Source of the DNA: Elainellaceae cyanobacterium
Lineage (GTDB): Bacteria > Cyanobacteriota > Cyanobacteriia > CAZCXK01
Length of the DNA: 64,000 bases
Reading direction: 5' to 3'
NCBI GenBank assembly: GCA_051117555.1
Contig: JBNPEG010000013.1
Coordinates: 32,001-96,000 of the forward strand
Shown: positions 9,627 through 20,295 of the stretch, piece by piece
Numbering within the stretch: the stretch's first letter is position 1
Layout: each line of letters starts with the position of its first letter
Program-made: the position numbers and the translations under genes
The notes under the pieces: generated by a model
What the model was told of the DNA's origin: nothing
Databases searched by the model: none
Seen by the model: only the letters and a program-made list of their open reading frames with translations

Positions 9627-10499
9627 ATGCCCATTTCTATTGCCTATCTAGGACCGGCTGGAACCTACGCAGAGGCGGCTGCGCTAGCCTGTGCAGCATG
9701 GTTGACTCAAACTCAGGGAGAAGCTCCGCTGCTTATTCCTTATCCGAGTATCTTCCAAACTCTTCAGGCGACTGCGTCTCATCAGACTCAGTTGACAGTC
9801 GTTCCGGTCGAAAATTCTATCGAGGGAAGTGTCTCAATAACGCTAGACACTCTTTGGCAACTCGATATCCTCCGAATTCAGCAGGCTATCGTGCTTCCCA
9901 TCTCTCACGCTTTATTGTCCCATGCTCCTTCAATTGAAGCGATTCAGTCAGTGCATTCTCATCCTCAAGCTCTTGCTCAATGTCAAGGATGGTTAGAAAA
10001 GCATCTGCCCACTGTGAAACTTATCCCGACAAGCTCTACTACTGAAGCATTACAACATCTTGATCAAAACATGAGCGCCGGTGCGATCGCCTCTAAACGA
10101 GCTGCGCACCTCTATTGTCTGCCAATCTTAGCGCATCCGATCAATGATCACCCTGACAATTGCACTCGATTCTGGGTTATGGGACTGCAAAATTCCGAAA
10201 CCGGAAATCATAGTTCGTTGGCGTTCAGTCTTCCTCAGAACGTGCCCGGATCTCTAGTCAAACTTCTACAGATCTTCGCAGATCGGAATATTAATCTCAG
10301 CCGAATTGAATCAAGACCAACCAAGCGATCGCTCGGAGAGTACCTTTTCTTTATCGATGTAGAAGCCAGCCTAACCAGTGACGCTGTTCAGTCAGCCCTT
10401 CACGAACTTAGAGCACAAACTGAGACGCTTAAAATATTTGGAACCTACGACATCATGGAAGCTCAGCCACCTTCCCAGATGATTGATCAATCAAACTAA
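9627..10499 (+). CDS. pheA: Prephenate dehydratase
   Basis: AYLGPAGT, VPVENSIEG, SHPQALAQC, NCTRF motifs; ACT domain with INLSRIESRP. Confidence 0.96.
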   Translation: MPISIAYLGPAGTYAEAAALACAAWLTQTQGEAPLLIPYPSIFQTLQATASHQTQLTVVPVENSIEGSVSITLDTLWQLDILRIQQAIVLPISHALLSHAPSIEAIQSVHSHPQALAQCQGWLEKHLPTVKLIPTSSTTEALQHLDQNMSAGAIASKRAAHLYCLPILAHPINDHPDNCTRFWVMGLQNSETGNHSSLAFSLPQNVPGSLVKLLQIFADRNINLSRIESRPTKRSLGEYLFFIDVEASLTSDAVQSALHELRAQTETLKIFGTYDIMEAQPPSQMIDQSN

Positions 10500-10544
10500 T
10501 CAATCTGGCGAACTGATCTAACGGGCTAATCTGTCGATTAGATT

Positions 10545-11186
10545 TTACCGAAATGCATCTTTGAGAGCAGTGCGCGCCGCGAGATGATTACGAGTTGAGG
10601 TTAAGATTTCAGCCTCTCGCTCAAGCCGAGCAGCCGTATTTTGCATTTCTAACAACGATTGCTGTTCTGGAGCGACGCCGTAGAGATTATGAGCAATCCA
10701 GTAGGAGAGTTCGACGGGTCGATCAGGAATATCACTGGGCAATTCAATATCCTGTCCAGTGAGCTTAGCCGATAACCGCACCACATCTTGTAAAAGTTGG
10801 CTAACCTCAGTGGCTAAACCTCTCAGATCTCGCTCTGTCGGTTGGTCTTCAATCCATTCGACTAGCCCCACGTAATAGGGTTTTTCACGCACATATTCCA
10901 ATAAGCGAAATCGTTGTTGCCCTACGGTCATCATCTTCATGCGATCGTCTGGCAAACGATTGTATTGAACAATTTCTGCACAGCAACCCACGGTAGCGAT
11001 TTTTCCGTCAGCCGGATCAAGCATCAAAACTCCAAAGCGGCGATCGGCTTTGAGAATTGTATTCATCATGATTCGGTAACGGAACTCAAAGATATGAAGG
11101 GGAAGCGGTCTGCCTGGAAACAGAACGACTTCTGGAAGTGGAAATAGGGGAAGTTCTCGGACAGCAATCGATGAAGGAGAAGCCAT
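10545..11186 (-). CDS. LON peptidase N-terminal (substrate-binding) domain protein
   Basis: RELPLFPLPEVVLFPG..LPLHIFEFRYRIMM. The start is most likely the ATG at 11186 (MASPSSIAVRE). Confidence 0.92.
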   Translation of the reverse strand: MASPSSIAVRELPLFPLPEVVLFPGRPLPLHIFEFRYRIMMNTILKADRRFGVLMLDPADGKIATVGCCAEIVQYNRLPDDRMKMMTVGQQRFRLLEYVREKPYYVGLVEWIEDQPTERDLRGLATEVSQLLQDVVRLSAKLTGQDIELPSDIPDRPVELSYWIAHNLYGVAPEQQSLLEMQNTAARLEREAEILTSTRNHLAARTALKDAFR

Positions 11187-11819
11187 TACACCTTTAGCCC
11201 ATACGGGGATACGACATGTATAGATTTTGACCCTACCAATTGCTCCATAGCAGGCCAAGTTGATGCTTTTGATAACGAACATCTATACCTTAGTTTATCG
11301 CAAAGTTATAGGGTCTCGAAAGGTTATGACAAACAATTGAATGATTAAAATAAACTCACGCGGATAGACTAAACCTAATCTACTAATTGAATCAGATCTA
11401 TTTTCAGGGTATCAAAAAATACATTCTGGGTCAATTTTGTACTGATTAAGTGCAGTCTCGCCTACCTTAAAGCAATTCTGATAAGAGCTAACAATTCCTT
11501 GCTTCTAAGTTAAATAATTTTCTTATTAATTATTTTCGTTTTTTGAGACAAGTTTTTATTTCTTTGTGATATCTTTGCTAAAGCGACAGTAGAGACGCTT
11601 AAACAGTCTGGTCTGAGGCCGCCTAGATATGCTTATATGATTTGGGCGTTTTCGAATGATTAGCAAAGGCTAGATGCTGTAACTCTATTCGAGCAAATTT
11701 ATTTCCCATTCTTACCGCTGCGGCTAGCAGCTATCAGTTTTCTCAGGTTCAACCTCATTTCTGATAGTCAGTACCCTCAATCTCTGTACCTATTTAATCT
11801 CCTTGGTAAGGAATTTGAG

Positions 11820-12101
11820 ATGAACGTCGTAACTCTACTTGGACTAACCGCAGGAACTTTAACAACTCTTGCCTATTTGCCTCAGCTTTTCAAAACCTGG
11901 AAGTCAAAATCGGCAGATGATATTTCCTGGATAATGTTAATTACGCTATGCATTGGCATTGGCATTGTCTTATGGCTGGTGTATGGAACCTATGTTCACG
12001 ATGTGCCTGTCATTGCTGCCAATTTAACGACTCTCTTCTTTACTTCTCTAATTCTCACTCTAAAAATCCGATACAGGCGATATCGGGCTGTGGTCAAGTA
12101 A
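11820..12101 (+). CDS. SemiSWEET / PQ-loop (MtN3) transporter
   Basis: 93 aa, three TM helices, LTTLAYLPQ..K.WK.KSA.DIS, LWLVYG and IAAN motifs. Confidence 0.9.
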   Translation: MNVVTLLGLTAGTLTTLAYLPQLFKTWKSKSADDISWIMLITLCIGIGIVLWLVYGTYVHDVPVIAANLTTLFFTSLILTLKIRYRRYRAVVK

Positions 12102-12185
12102 ATTAATTGACCGTTCTTTGGGCACGATTGCGATCGCGAATGGATTAACTCCGAGACTTCTACAGCGCTCTATATAAGGGGATGC

Positions 12186-12304
12186 CTAGTACTGTTTGGC
12201 AAAAATAAGCCAACCATTTAGGTATGGGCATCTTGCCCGCGACGTGAGCGAGACGCTCACACTACGGTTACTACGGTTATGAAACTTCTGCCATCTTGTA
12301 CTAG
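12186..12304. repeat. Mini inverted-repeat element with a REP-like core
   Basis: Ends are CTAGTAC-TGTTT-GGCAAAAAT and (reverse complement) CTAGTAC-AAGAT-GGCAGAAGT. The interior holds hairpins GGGCATCTTGCCC and GTGAGCGAGACGCTCAC-ACTAC (GTAG-REP-like). Confidence 0.65.
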
Positions 12305-12472
12305 GGCGGTTCATGCGTCGTTTTTGAGAGCAGCAGAGCATGCCGGGGGGTGCTCGCCAGTGGTTGGGTCTTGACGCAAACGCATACCCCTATAGATAAG
12401 GATATATCCCTGATAGGCAAGGCCGTTATTCTCAATTTCAAATCATGGGCACACTGGACTAGTGCTGTATAG

Positions 12473-13615
12473 GTGTTTCAATTGATACAGGAAAGAGCAT
12501 TCTGGCTAGGGTGGGCATGTCTTCCAGGAATCGGGCCAATTCTTATTCGACGGCTGCATCAGCACTTTGGCCTTCTCTCTGTGGCTTGGGCTGCCGATAT
12601 TCCCGCGTTAGTAGAAGTAGAAGGAATTGGCTTTCAGACGGCGGAAGCGATCGCTCAAGAACGGTCAAAACTAGACCCAGAACAGCTTTTATCTCACCAG
12701 CTCCAAGACAATCCCCACTTTTTAACTCCAGCCGATTTCGATTATCCTCAACTGCTGCTCGAAATTCCAGATCCGCCTCCCGTTTTGTATTATCACGGGC
12801 AGATCGATTCAGCAGAAACTCAGGGAAACATTCAGGCGATCGCCCTCGTGGGAACTCGTAATCCTACTGAGTACGGAAAACGGTGGACTCGCATCATTAG
12901 CAGAGCATTAGCCCAGACAGGGTTCACTGTCGTGTCAGGGTTAGCCGAGGGCATCGACACGGTTGCCCATCAGTGTTGTTTAGAAGTCGGTGGACGAACC
13001 ATCGCCATTTTGGGCACTGGTGTAGATGTCGTATATCCAGCATCGAATCGAAAGCTAGCTCAGGCGATTGGCAACCAAGGACTACTCTTGAGTGAATATC
13101 CGGCGAAGACGCAACCCGATCGGGCCAACTTCCCGCGTCGAAACCGCATCATTGCTGGGCTATGCCGCGCTACGTTAGTGCTAGAAGCACCTACAAAGTC
13201 AGGAGCGCTGATCACGGCCCAGCTTGCCAACGACTATGGACGAGATGTCTATGCGTTGCCTGGATCGCTTGATCAACGGAATTCGTTGGGCTGTCTCCAT
13301 CTCATCGAAAAGGGCGCTCAATTGATTTTAGGAGAAAATCACTTACTAGACGCTTTAGGAACGTTGCCGCAGTTTCAAAAACGATTTGATGCGCCTTCTA
13401 CTCCTAATCAATTGTCCTTGCTCAATCCATCCCCAATGCCACTAGAACCGGATTTAGATTGCGTTTTGAGAGCAGTTGGTTTAGAGCCATCAGCCTTTGA
13501 TTTGATCGTTCACGATTCTGGCTTGCCAACGTCCTCGGTGTCGAGTGCCCTCTTTCAATTAGAACTCATGGGATTGGTAAATCATCTTCCCGGAATGCTG
13601 TATCAGCGTTGCTAA
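12473..13615 (+). CDS. dprA: DNA processing protein DprA
   Basis: ALVGTRNPT.YG, VVSGLAEGID, FPRRNRIIAGL and SGALITA motifs; C-terminal winged helix (LFQLELMGLV). Confidence 0.96.
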   Translation: MFQLIQERAFWLGWACLPGIGPILIRRLHQHFGLLSVAWAADIPALVEVEGIGFQTAEAIAQERSKLDPEQLLSHQLQDNPHFLTPADFDYPQLLLEIPDPPPVLYYHGQIDSAETQGNIQAIALVGTRNPTEYGKRWTRIISRALAQTGFTVVSGLAEGIDTVAHQCCLEVGGRTIAILGTGVDVVYPASNRKLAQAIGNQGLLLSEYPAKTQPDRANFPRRNRIIAGLCRATLVLEAPTKSGALITAQLANDYGRDVYALPGSLDQRNSLGCLHLIEKGAQLILGENHLLDALGTLPQFQKRFDAPSTPNQLSLLNPSPMPLEPDLDCVLRAVGLEPSAFDLIVHDSGLPTSSVSSALFQLELMGLVNHLPGMLYQRC

Positions 13616-14841
13616 GGTGATTCAGACGGGTGGCTCCGATGGAGAACAATCATTGTCGAACCAATTACCGGACTGCGAGCAAGCAAATGGCCTTGAGGAT
13701 CTAGAAGGTCTAGTGCTTTAAACTCTAAGTCGCTGGCTCTATTCAACATTTCATTAGCAAGTTGGTCTTGGCGGGAATCAGGCAGCTCGTACCAGTTGTC
13801 ACTGATATTGACTGTCAACCGGCTGCTGCGAAAGTTGGCCTGCACCGATTGAATGAGCCCCTCTGCATATTGGCTAGTAATGTCTGCAACTTCATCCTGA
13901 ATGGCTGCAATTAAGCTTTGTTCGGGAGTCAATTCTAAGGGAGGAGACGTCTCAGCCGCTCTCGTTTCAGATTGCTCACCTACCCGGTCTGACGGCGGCA
14001 TCGAGGCGTCAGGCGTTTCTACTGCGATCGTTTTATCTGCTGTGCTCGGTTCTTGAATTGGAGAGGGTTGAACTCGTTCGGGAGCTTGAGCAGACGAAGA
14101 ACCCGGCATTCCTCCGATCAACACGACGAGCAAGATAATAAGGGTGCTGGTCACAATCGGAGGAGAGAAAACCGTTCGCCACGACTCAGGGAGGCGATCG
14201 CGCACCTGATTGAGCCGCCTAGACCACCAAATCCAGGCTTGCTGAAGTTTCGCCACACTTTGGTCGAGAACAGCCCACGTTTGAGATTGAGGGGTATCGT
14301 GAGAGCCAATTGCTGATGCCTCTGGGGCGGGAGACTCTAGGCGATGCGCTGCCCATTCGGAGGCTTCTGCTAATACGTTTAAAGTTCGAACACTTTGAGT
14401 TCTAAGAATCGGCAGAACTCGATGCCAAACATTTTGAGCGGTATTTAACGGATTGCCCGCTTTTGCCTCAGGCGAGCGCGTCTTGGGTGACGCTGTTTGA
14501 GACCTATCGCTCTCAGTTTTGGCAGCGATCGCCTGCTCGTCTGAGGCATTGGCAGCATCGACAGCCGCGCCATTGCGAGGTTGGGAATTTGACGCGGCAG
14601 ACTCGACCAATGGCGAGGGCGTCTCAATGCGCGCAATGCTCCATTGGATTGCACGAGACAATCCATGAAATGCCCTGATGCTTTGAGTGCGGAGGATTGG
14701 CTGTGCAGTTTTCCAAATGCCCCGCAGACGATCGGGTAGAGCGATCGCTGGCCGAGAACGATGGGGCGATCGCTGACTATTCGATTCCGAAGTCGCCTGA
14801 TTGCTATTCGATTCCGAAGCCTTAGACGAGTCGTTCGACAT
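13612..14841 (-). CDS. Hypothetical single-TM cyanobacterial protein
   Basis: 409 aa ORF with one TM helix, a conserved-looking C-terminal domain (TPEQSLIAAIQ..V..I...Y..GLIQSVQANF...LLARSPVIG.TM) and two internal PILRTQS repeats. Confidence 0.75.
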   Translation of the reverse strand: MSNDSSKASESNSNQATSESNSQRSPHRSRPAIALPDRLRGIWKTAQPILRTQSIRAFHGLSRAIQWSIARIETPSPLVESAASNSQPRNGAAVDAANASDEQAIAAKTESDRSQTASPKTRSPEAKAGNPLNTAQNVWHRVLPILRTQSVRTLNVLAEASEWAAHRLESPAPEASAIGSHDTPQSQTWAVLDQSVAKLQQAWIWWSRRLNQVRDRLPESWRTVFSPPIVTSTLIILLVVLIGGMPGSSSAQAPERVQPSPIQEPSTADKTIAVETPDASMPPSDRVGEQSETRAAETSPPLELTPEQSLIAAIQDEVADITSQYAEGLIQSVQANFRSSRLTVNISDNWYELPDSRQDQLANEMLNRASDLEFKALDLLDPQGHLLARSPVIGSTMIVLHRSHPSESP

Positions 14842-14972
14842 GATACCCTCTCCTTGGATAGTCCTGATTTATGCACTCCGTGGATCTGTTTCAAATCAGC
14901 CGGACTATCTTTGCAATCCCTTTATGGACAATCTATCACTTTGAGAGAAAAGACCACGGAAACGGCCTTGGA

Positions 14973-15923
14973 TTACGACCCCAACGAGCGAGTCACCTCA
15001 TCCAATTGAGCCCTATCATCCGCATCTAATTCCCAGCCTAAGGCAGCCGAATTCTGCCGGGCTTGCTTGGCATTCTTGGCTCCTGGAATGGGAATCACAT
15101 TGCCTTGAGAAATCAGCCAGTTTAGCGAAATTTGAGCCGGTGTACGCTGATATTTTTCGCCCAGGGTTTGCAAGTGCTGGATGATCGGAGAGAGCTTTTC
15201 TAGCCCGCTCTTGCTAAATCGAGGATCGAGCCAGCGAGCTCCGGTAGGTTTTTGATAGGTTTCTAGCGTATATTTTCCGGTCAGTAGCCCTTGCGCCAAT
15301 GGACTATAGGCCAAAATCGTGATACCCAAACGCTGCGCTGTTTCTAACACGCCATTTTGCTCGATTTTTCGCGACAAGAGTGAATATTCGACTTGATTGA
15401 CCGCCAGCGGAATACCCTGATCAGCCAATAGGCGATGGGCGGTTTGCATTTGCTCTGCTGAATAATTGCTGACACCGACCGCCTGAATTCTGCCTCGTTT
15501 TACTTCATGGGCAAGAGTGCTCATGAGGGTGCCTTGTCCCATGAAAAAATCAAATGGCCAATGAACTTGGTAAAGCGGAATACTGGAGACTCGGAGGCGT
15601 TCTAAGCTTGCGGTGAGCGCATCAATAATGGCATCTGCATTAAATCGCCAGGGAAGAGGAAGGTATTTAGTCGCGACCAAAACGGGTTGGTCAGTCTGAT
15701 GCATGAATTGTCCGATTAATGTCTCAGACTCGCCAAATCCATAAATCTCTGCCGTGTCAAAGAAGTTTACGCCTGATTCTAGGGCCGCCTTAAACGCATC
15801 ATAGAGCTCTGGTTCGCCATAGTCTTTTCCGTAGCTCCAAAACAGGCGATCGCCCCATGACCATGTTCCAATTCCTAACGCCGGGACAGTCGGACCCTCA
15901 GGCCCTAGTGTGAGTGTCTGCAC
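14973..15923 (-). CDS. Aldo/keto reductase
   Basis: LGIGTW, FDTAEIYG.G.SE, ATK, YQVHWP, GVSNYS, AYSPLAQG.LTGKY and IPGAK motifs. Confidence 0.95.
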   Translation of the reverse strand: MQTLTLGPEGPTVPALGIGTWSWGDRLFWSYGKDYGEPELYDAFKAALESGVNFFDTAEIYGFGESETLIGQFMHQTDQPVLVATKYLPLPWRFNADAIIDALTASLERLRVSSIPLYQVHWPFDFFMGQGTLMSTLAHEVKRGRIQAVGVSNYSAEQMQTAHRLLADQGIPLAVNQVEYSLLSRKIEQNGVLETAQRLGITILAYSPLAQGLLTGKYTLETYQKPTGARWLDPRFSKSGLEKLSPIIQHLQTLGEKYQRTPAQISLNWLISQGNVIPIPGAKNAKQARQNSAALGWELDADDRAQLDEVTRSLGS

Positions 15924-16020
15924 GATTCACATTCCTTTACAGTCTTCCTTTTTGATTATGAGAAGTTTTGCATCAGAATGCAGAAATCTTAGGGTGAAAA
16001 CCTTAAGCGAAAAGGTATCG

Positions 16021-16896
16021 CTAAGCCGACACTGGAGTCAACGGCACCTTAGATTTAATCCGCCCATTAATCAATTCATGCTCGACAACGAACACATTCG
16101 AGTGAAGATTTGCGATAATTTGCTTGCCTTCTTGAGTCAGAGATAAGTAGCCAATCGCGTCTTGAATGTAGGGATACACGACATTCCAATAAAATTGAGG
16201 ATAATTGCGACGCAAATCCCCCGGATCGTGATACCCAACCCGCTGGTTGAAGCCCGTTTCTTCAAATTCATAGAACAATGCGCTGACCTTGTTGAGATAG
16301 CGAGGGTCGCTAAGTTGCCCAATGAGGTCAGCCGCTCGAACCAGTCCTGGATAGTGGGTTGTATCTTGATGATCGCTATCATCAGGAACGGGAAAGCGGG
16401 TAAGTTCAATGTTTCTCTGGATGATCTCCGACTTTAGAAGTTCATTGCCTCTAAATCGTTCCTCAACAAACAACTTCCCCCGATCGACATGATACGGAGT
16501 CAAACTTGCATCCGTTGCGCCAGGAGATAATTCCTTCATCTCATTGGCAATTCCAGTCGCATAAAGCCCTTCTTGGTCACTCCGGCATACCCCTTTTACA
16601 TAGCCGATGTCATGACACAACAGAGACACCATGAAGTGGAGCCAGTCTTCGCAGGTGACTCCACCCTCACGAATATGCTTCCCTCGAAGGATTTCTTGCC
16701 CAACTAACGTCACCAGAATCGTATGTTCAACATCATGATAGAGCGCATCACTGTTGGCAATATTTTCGAGTGCCATCCGACCTGACCACCCAATAATGTT
16801 GGCGTAGGCAGACTTTAGCCCTCCATAATTTTGCTCGTAACCATCTTGAAGTTCTTGAACGAAAGATTTGATTAAAGTTTGAGTTGGGTTAAACAT
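16021..16896 (-). CDS. HD-domain metal-dependent phosphohydrolase (Npun_R2479-like family)
   Basis: YHDVEHT, CHDIGY, YHVDRG and AADLIGQL motifs; start at the ATG at 16896 (MFNPT). Confidence 0.88.
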   Translation of the reverse strand: MFNPTQTLIKSFVQELQDGYEQNYGGLKSAYANIIGWSGRMALENIANSDALYHDVEHTILVTLVGQEILRGKHIREGGVTCEDWLHFMVSLLCHDIGYVKGVCRSDQEGLYATGIANEMKELSPGATDASLTPYHVDRGKLFVEERFRGNELLKSEIIQRNIELTRFPVPDDSDHQDTTHYPGLVRAADLIGQLSDPRYLNKVSALFYEFEETGFNQRVGYHDPGDLRRNYPQFYWNVVYPYIQDAIGYLSLTQEGKQIIANLHSNVFVVEHELINGRIKSKVPLTPVSA

Positions 16897-17167
16897 GGTG
16901 GTGCATTTCAAGGAGCGAGAGAGAACGAGCAAATCCACGTATTTAAACCTTACCCATATCCAGATCTGTTGTTCTACGCAGGAAAAGACCTCGGTTTTGA
17001 TCTAGATATGATTTAGCGGGCATCAATCATTAAGCCTGACTTTGAGTGATGGGAGTTTGACCAAAATGCGATCGCACGTGCATTAAATATTTCATATATT
17101 GCATTTGTATTGATTGTATGAATCTTTACGCCAAGTTGGGGTGACACTCGAAAGAGCAGCCCGTGAT

Positions 17168-17545
17168 CTAACGCACATCGCGCAAATCTCGACCAAACGG
17201 CAGAAGAGCGAGAACAATTAGCTTGACATGCTGCTTAGCAAACGGGATGCCGATAATGGTGATCGCTAATATTACCGCTGCTACTACATGGGCGATCGCA
17301 ATTTCCCAACCAAATAAAACTGCCCAAATAATATCGAAGATTAGCCTCAGTAAGCTGTCCGCATCTTTCTCGACAACGATTTCCTTTCCAAAAGGAGTAA
17401 AGGTCGCAAATCCAAGCTTAATTGCTTGTAATCCAAACGGAATGCCCACAATTGTTAAACAGGTGAGCAGTCCCCCCACAATGTAACCCAGTCCCGTAAT
17501 TAAGCCGCCACAAATCAGCCAAATAATATTTCCTAACAGGCTCAC
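17168..17545 (-). CDS. YccF-domain inner membrane protein
   Basis: Duplicated N..W...GG....TI.GIPF....KL....L.PFG motif. Confidence 0.9.
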   Translation of the reverse strand: MSLLGNIIWLICGGLITGLGYIVGGLLTCLTIVGIPFGLQAIKLGFATFTPFGKEIVVEKDADSLLRLIFDIIWAVLFGWEIAIAHVVAAVILAITIIGIPFAKQHVKLIVLALLPFGRDLRDVR

Positions 17546-17733
17546 CAGAAGTTCTCCTAGACATTCTCTTAAACGATAGCCAACCAGGACTTGGGGAATT
17601 GAAATGTTATAAACTAACCTATCAGTCTTCGGTTAGTTAATGATGCAATGTAAGAGAGATTTCATAGTTTTTTCTTAGCTTGCCCCCTTCACGCAGGTAG
17701 CACTATTCGGCACGTCAATTCAGGGTAGACATT

Positions 17734-19605
17734 ATGGGTTTAATTGTTCAGAAATATGGGGGGACGTCAGTCGGCTCAGTTGAGCGAATCCGAGCGGTTG
17801 CTCAGCGGGTATTCAACGCTGCTCAAGCAGGCCAGTCCATCGTAGTGGTTGTGTCTGCGATGGGTAAAACAACCGATCAACTCGTTAAATTAGCCAGCGA
17901 GATTTCTACAAATCCGAGTCATCGAGAAATGGACATGCTGCTCTCGACGGGAGAGCAAGTCTCGATCGCGCTCCTCAGTATGGCTCTCCAAGAATTGGGG
18001 CAACCTGCAATTTCAATGACCGGCGCTCAGGTTGGCATCGTTACAGAAGCGGCGCATACTCGGGCTCGAATTTTGCATATCCAAACTGAACGCGTCGAGC
18101 GTCATCTTAAAGACGGCAAAGTGGTTGTAGTCGCTGGGTTTCAGGGCATTACAGGCACCCACGATTTGGAAATCACGACGTTGGGACGAGGCGGTTCAGA
18201 TACGTCAGCCGTTGCGCTTACCGCAGCATTAGGCGGAGAAGCTTGCGAAATCTATACCGATGTTCCAGGAATTTTGACTACCGATCCGAGACTAGTGCCC
18301 GAGGCTCAGTTGATGCCTGAAATTACTGCCGACGAAATGCTAGAGCTCGCCAGCCTAGGTGCAAAAGTGCTTCATCCACGAGCCGTTGAGATTGCACGCA
18401 ACTATGGGGTAACGCTAGTTGTTCGGTCTAGCTGGACTGATGATCCAGGAACGCGAGTCGTTTCCCCTATTCCGCAACCCCGATCACTCGAGGGGCTCGA
18501 AATTGCTCAACCTGTGGATGGGGTTGAAGTAGATGAAAATCAGGCAAAAATTGCGTTGTTGCGAGTGCCCGATCGCCCGGGTGTAGCGGCTCGTTTGTTT
18601 GGTGAAATCGCCTCACAACGGGTTGATATTGATCTCATCATTCAATCAATTCATGAGGGCAACACCAACGATATCGCGTTTACGGTCAGTCGATTATCGC
18701 TGAGTCGAGCCGAAGCGGTTGCTGAGGCGATCGCCCCCGCCCTCCGGCACGATCCCGCAAATTCAAATGAAGCAGAAGTTCTCATCGAACGCAATACCGC
18801 AAAGGTCAGTATTGCGGGTGCTGGGATGATTGGTCGTCCGGGGGTAGCTGCTCAGATGTTCATAGCGCTTGCCGATGCCGGAGTTAATATTCAGATGATT
18901 TCAACCTCAGAGGTTAAGGTAAGCTGCGCGATTGATCTGGCAGATTGCGATCGCGCGGTCGCTGCACTATGCACCATGTTTGACATTAAATCCTCTCCGG
19001 TGCGGGCTGATTCCAGTGGTTCCTCGCACCGATCGTCGCTTTCATCGTCGCAGCCCTCCGCTCAATCACCGGCCTATCAATCTAGCTCTCACGCATCAAC
19101 GATCGTCAGAGGCGCAGCGCTTGACCTCAAACAAGCTCGACTCGCCATTCGCTACGTGCCCGATCGCCCTGGCATGGCAGCAGAGATTTTTCGCCCCCTC
19201 GCCGAGCGTCATATTAGCGTTGATACCATCATTCAGTCTCAGCGATGCCGACTGATTGACGGCACCCCAACCCGTGATATCGCGTTTACAGTTGCTCAGG
19301 CGGATGCAGATACTGCCTATGAAATCTTGGATGCCCTTGCTCCTGAATTGGGGTGTCGTGAAATCGCCATAGACCGGGCGATCGCCAAGGTTAGCGTGGT
19401 GGGTGTGGGTATGATCGGAAGCCCCGGCGTAGCTGCTCGGATGTTTAACGCGCTTGCTGACGAGTCGATTAACATTCAGATGATTACAACGTCTGAAATC
19501 AAGATCAGCTGCGTCGTTGCCGAATCCGATGGAATACAAGCCCTTCAAGCCGTTCATGCGGCATTTAATCTATCGGGTTCCCAGACCCTTCAGGTTCCTG
19601 CTTAA
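17734..19605 (+). CDS. lysC: Aspartate kinase (cyanobacterial type, four ACT domains)
   Basis: IVQKYGGTSV, VVSAMG, TTLGRGGSD and YTDVPG motifs, plus two pairs of ACT repeats (VPDRPG / GM.G.PGVAA). Confidence 0.97.
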   Translation: MGLIVQKYGGTSVGSVERIRAVAQRVFNAAQAGQSIVVVVSAMGKTTDQLVKLASEISTNPSHREMDMLLSTGEQVSIALLSMALQELGQPAISMTGAQVGIVTEAAHTRARILHIQTERVERHLKDGKVVVVAGFQGITGTHDLEITTLGRGGSDTSAVALTAALGGEACEIYTDVPGILTTDPRLVPEAQLMPEITADEMLELASLGAKVLHPRAVEIARNYGVTLVVRSSWTDDPGTRVVSPIPQPRSLEGLEIAQPVDGVEVDENQAKIALLRVPDRPGVAARLFGEIASQRVDIDLIIQSIHEGNTNDIAFTVSRLSLSRAEAVAEAIAPALRHDPANSNEAEVLIERNTAKVSIAGAGMIGRPGVAAQMFIALADAGVNIQMISTSEVKVSCAIDLADCDRAVAALCTMFDIKSSPVRADSSGSSHRSSLSSSQPSAQSPAYQSSSHASTIVRGAALDLKQARLAIRYVPDRPGMAAEIFRPLAERHISVDTIIQSQRCRLIDGTPTRDIAFTVAQADADTAYEILDALAPELGCREIAIDRAIAKVSVVGVGMIGSPGVAARMFNALADESINIQMITTSEIKISCVVAESDGIQALQAVHAAFNLSGSQTLQVPA

Positions 19606-19637
19606 ATGCGTACGACATGATTTATAGCATCTAAGAC

Positions 19638-20246
19638 TTAGTTGTCTGGTGAGGATAAATCTCCATTAGGTTCTTCAGGCAACTGATTGAGATTCTCTGG
19701 CAGAGAATTTTGATCAAATTCGAAGGGCTCGACAGATCCGGGCTCATTCAATGAATCGTCTGGGCTACCAAATGGATCAGCCGGTAGCGGCTGTTCTAGA
19801 TCAAAATTAAACTCCGGACTCTCAAGTTGATTTTCGTTACTCGATTCTGGCAAGGTTGCCAATGCGACGCGATCGCCCCCAACCGAGCGCAGCAAGTCTA
19901 GTACCTCGACTACATCTGCATAGCGAGCCGATCGAGAGGCATATAGAACGACTAGTCCGTCTGGGCTGTTTAGACGATAATCGAGCAGCAATTGAGTCAG
20001 CTGGTTCCGAGCAATCGGCTCTTGTTCGACATAGATCTGCCCAACCGGATCAACGCTGACCACAAGCATTTCGCGCATTTGAGTGGTGCCCGTGGTCGCA
20101 GTGGGCAAATCGACATTGATTCCCATTTGCCGAGTCAATCCGACTGCCGCCAGAATAAAAAAAGTCAAGATGCAGAAGATGACATCAATCAGCGGAATGA
20201 TTTCAATCCGCACCTCTTCACTGGGCGCATCTAAATTAATTTTCAT
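19638..20246 (-). CDS. exbD: Biopolymer transporter ExbD/TolR
   Basis: EIIPLIDVIFCILTFFI TM motif, DLP.A, and Y.DVV.VLD.L; acidic tail. Confidence 0.92.
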   Translation of the reverse strand: MKINLDAPSEEVRIEIIPLIDVIFCILTFFILAAVGLTRQMGINVDLPTATTGTTQMREMLVVSVDPVGQIYVEQEPIARNQLTQLLLDYRLNSPDGLVVLYASRSARYADVVEVLDLLRSVGGDRVALATLPESSNENQLESPEFNFDLEQPLPADPFGSPDDSLNEPGSVEPFEFDQNSLPENLNQLPEEPNGDLSSPDN

Positions 20247-20295
20247 AACATCCTGATGTTTCGATACTGCTAATTGCTACCAGAAATAGATGGGC

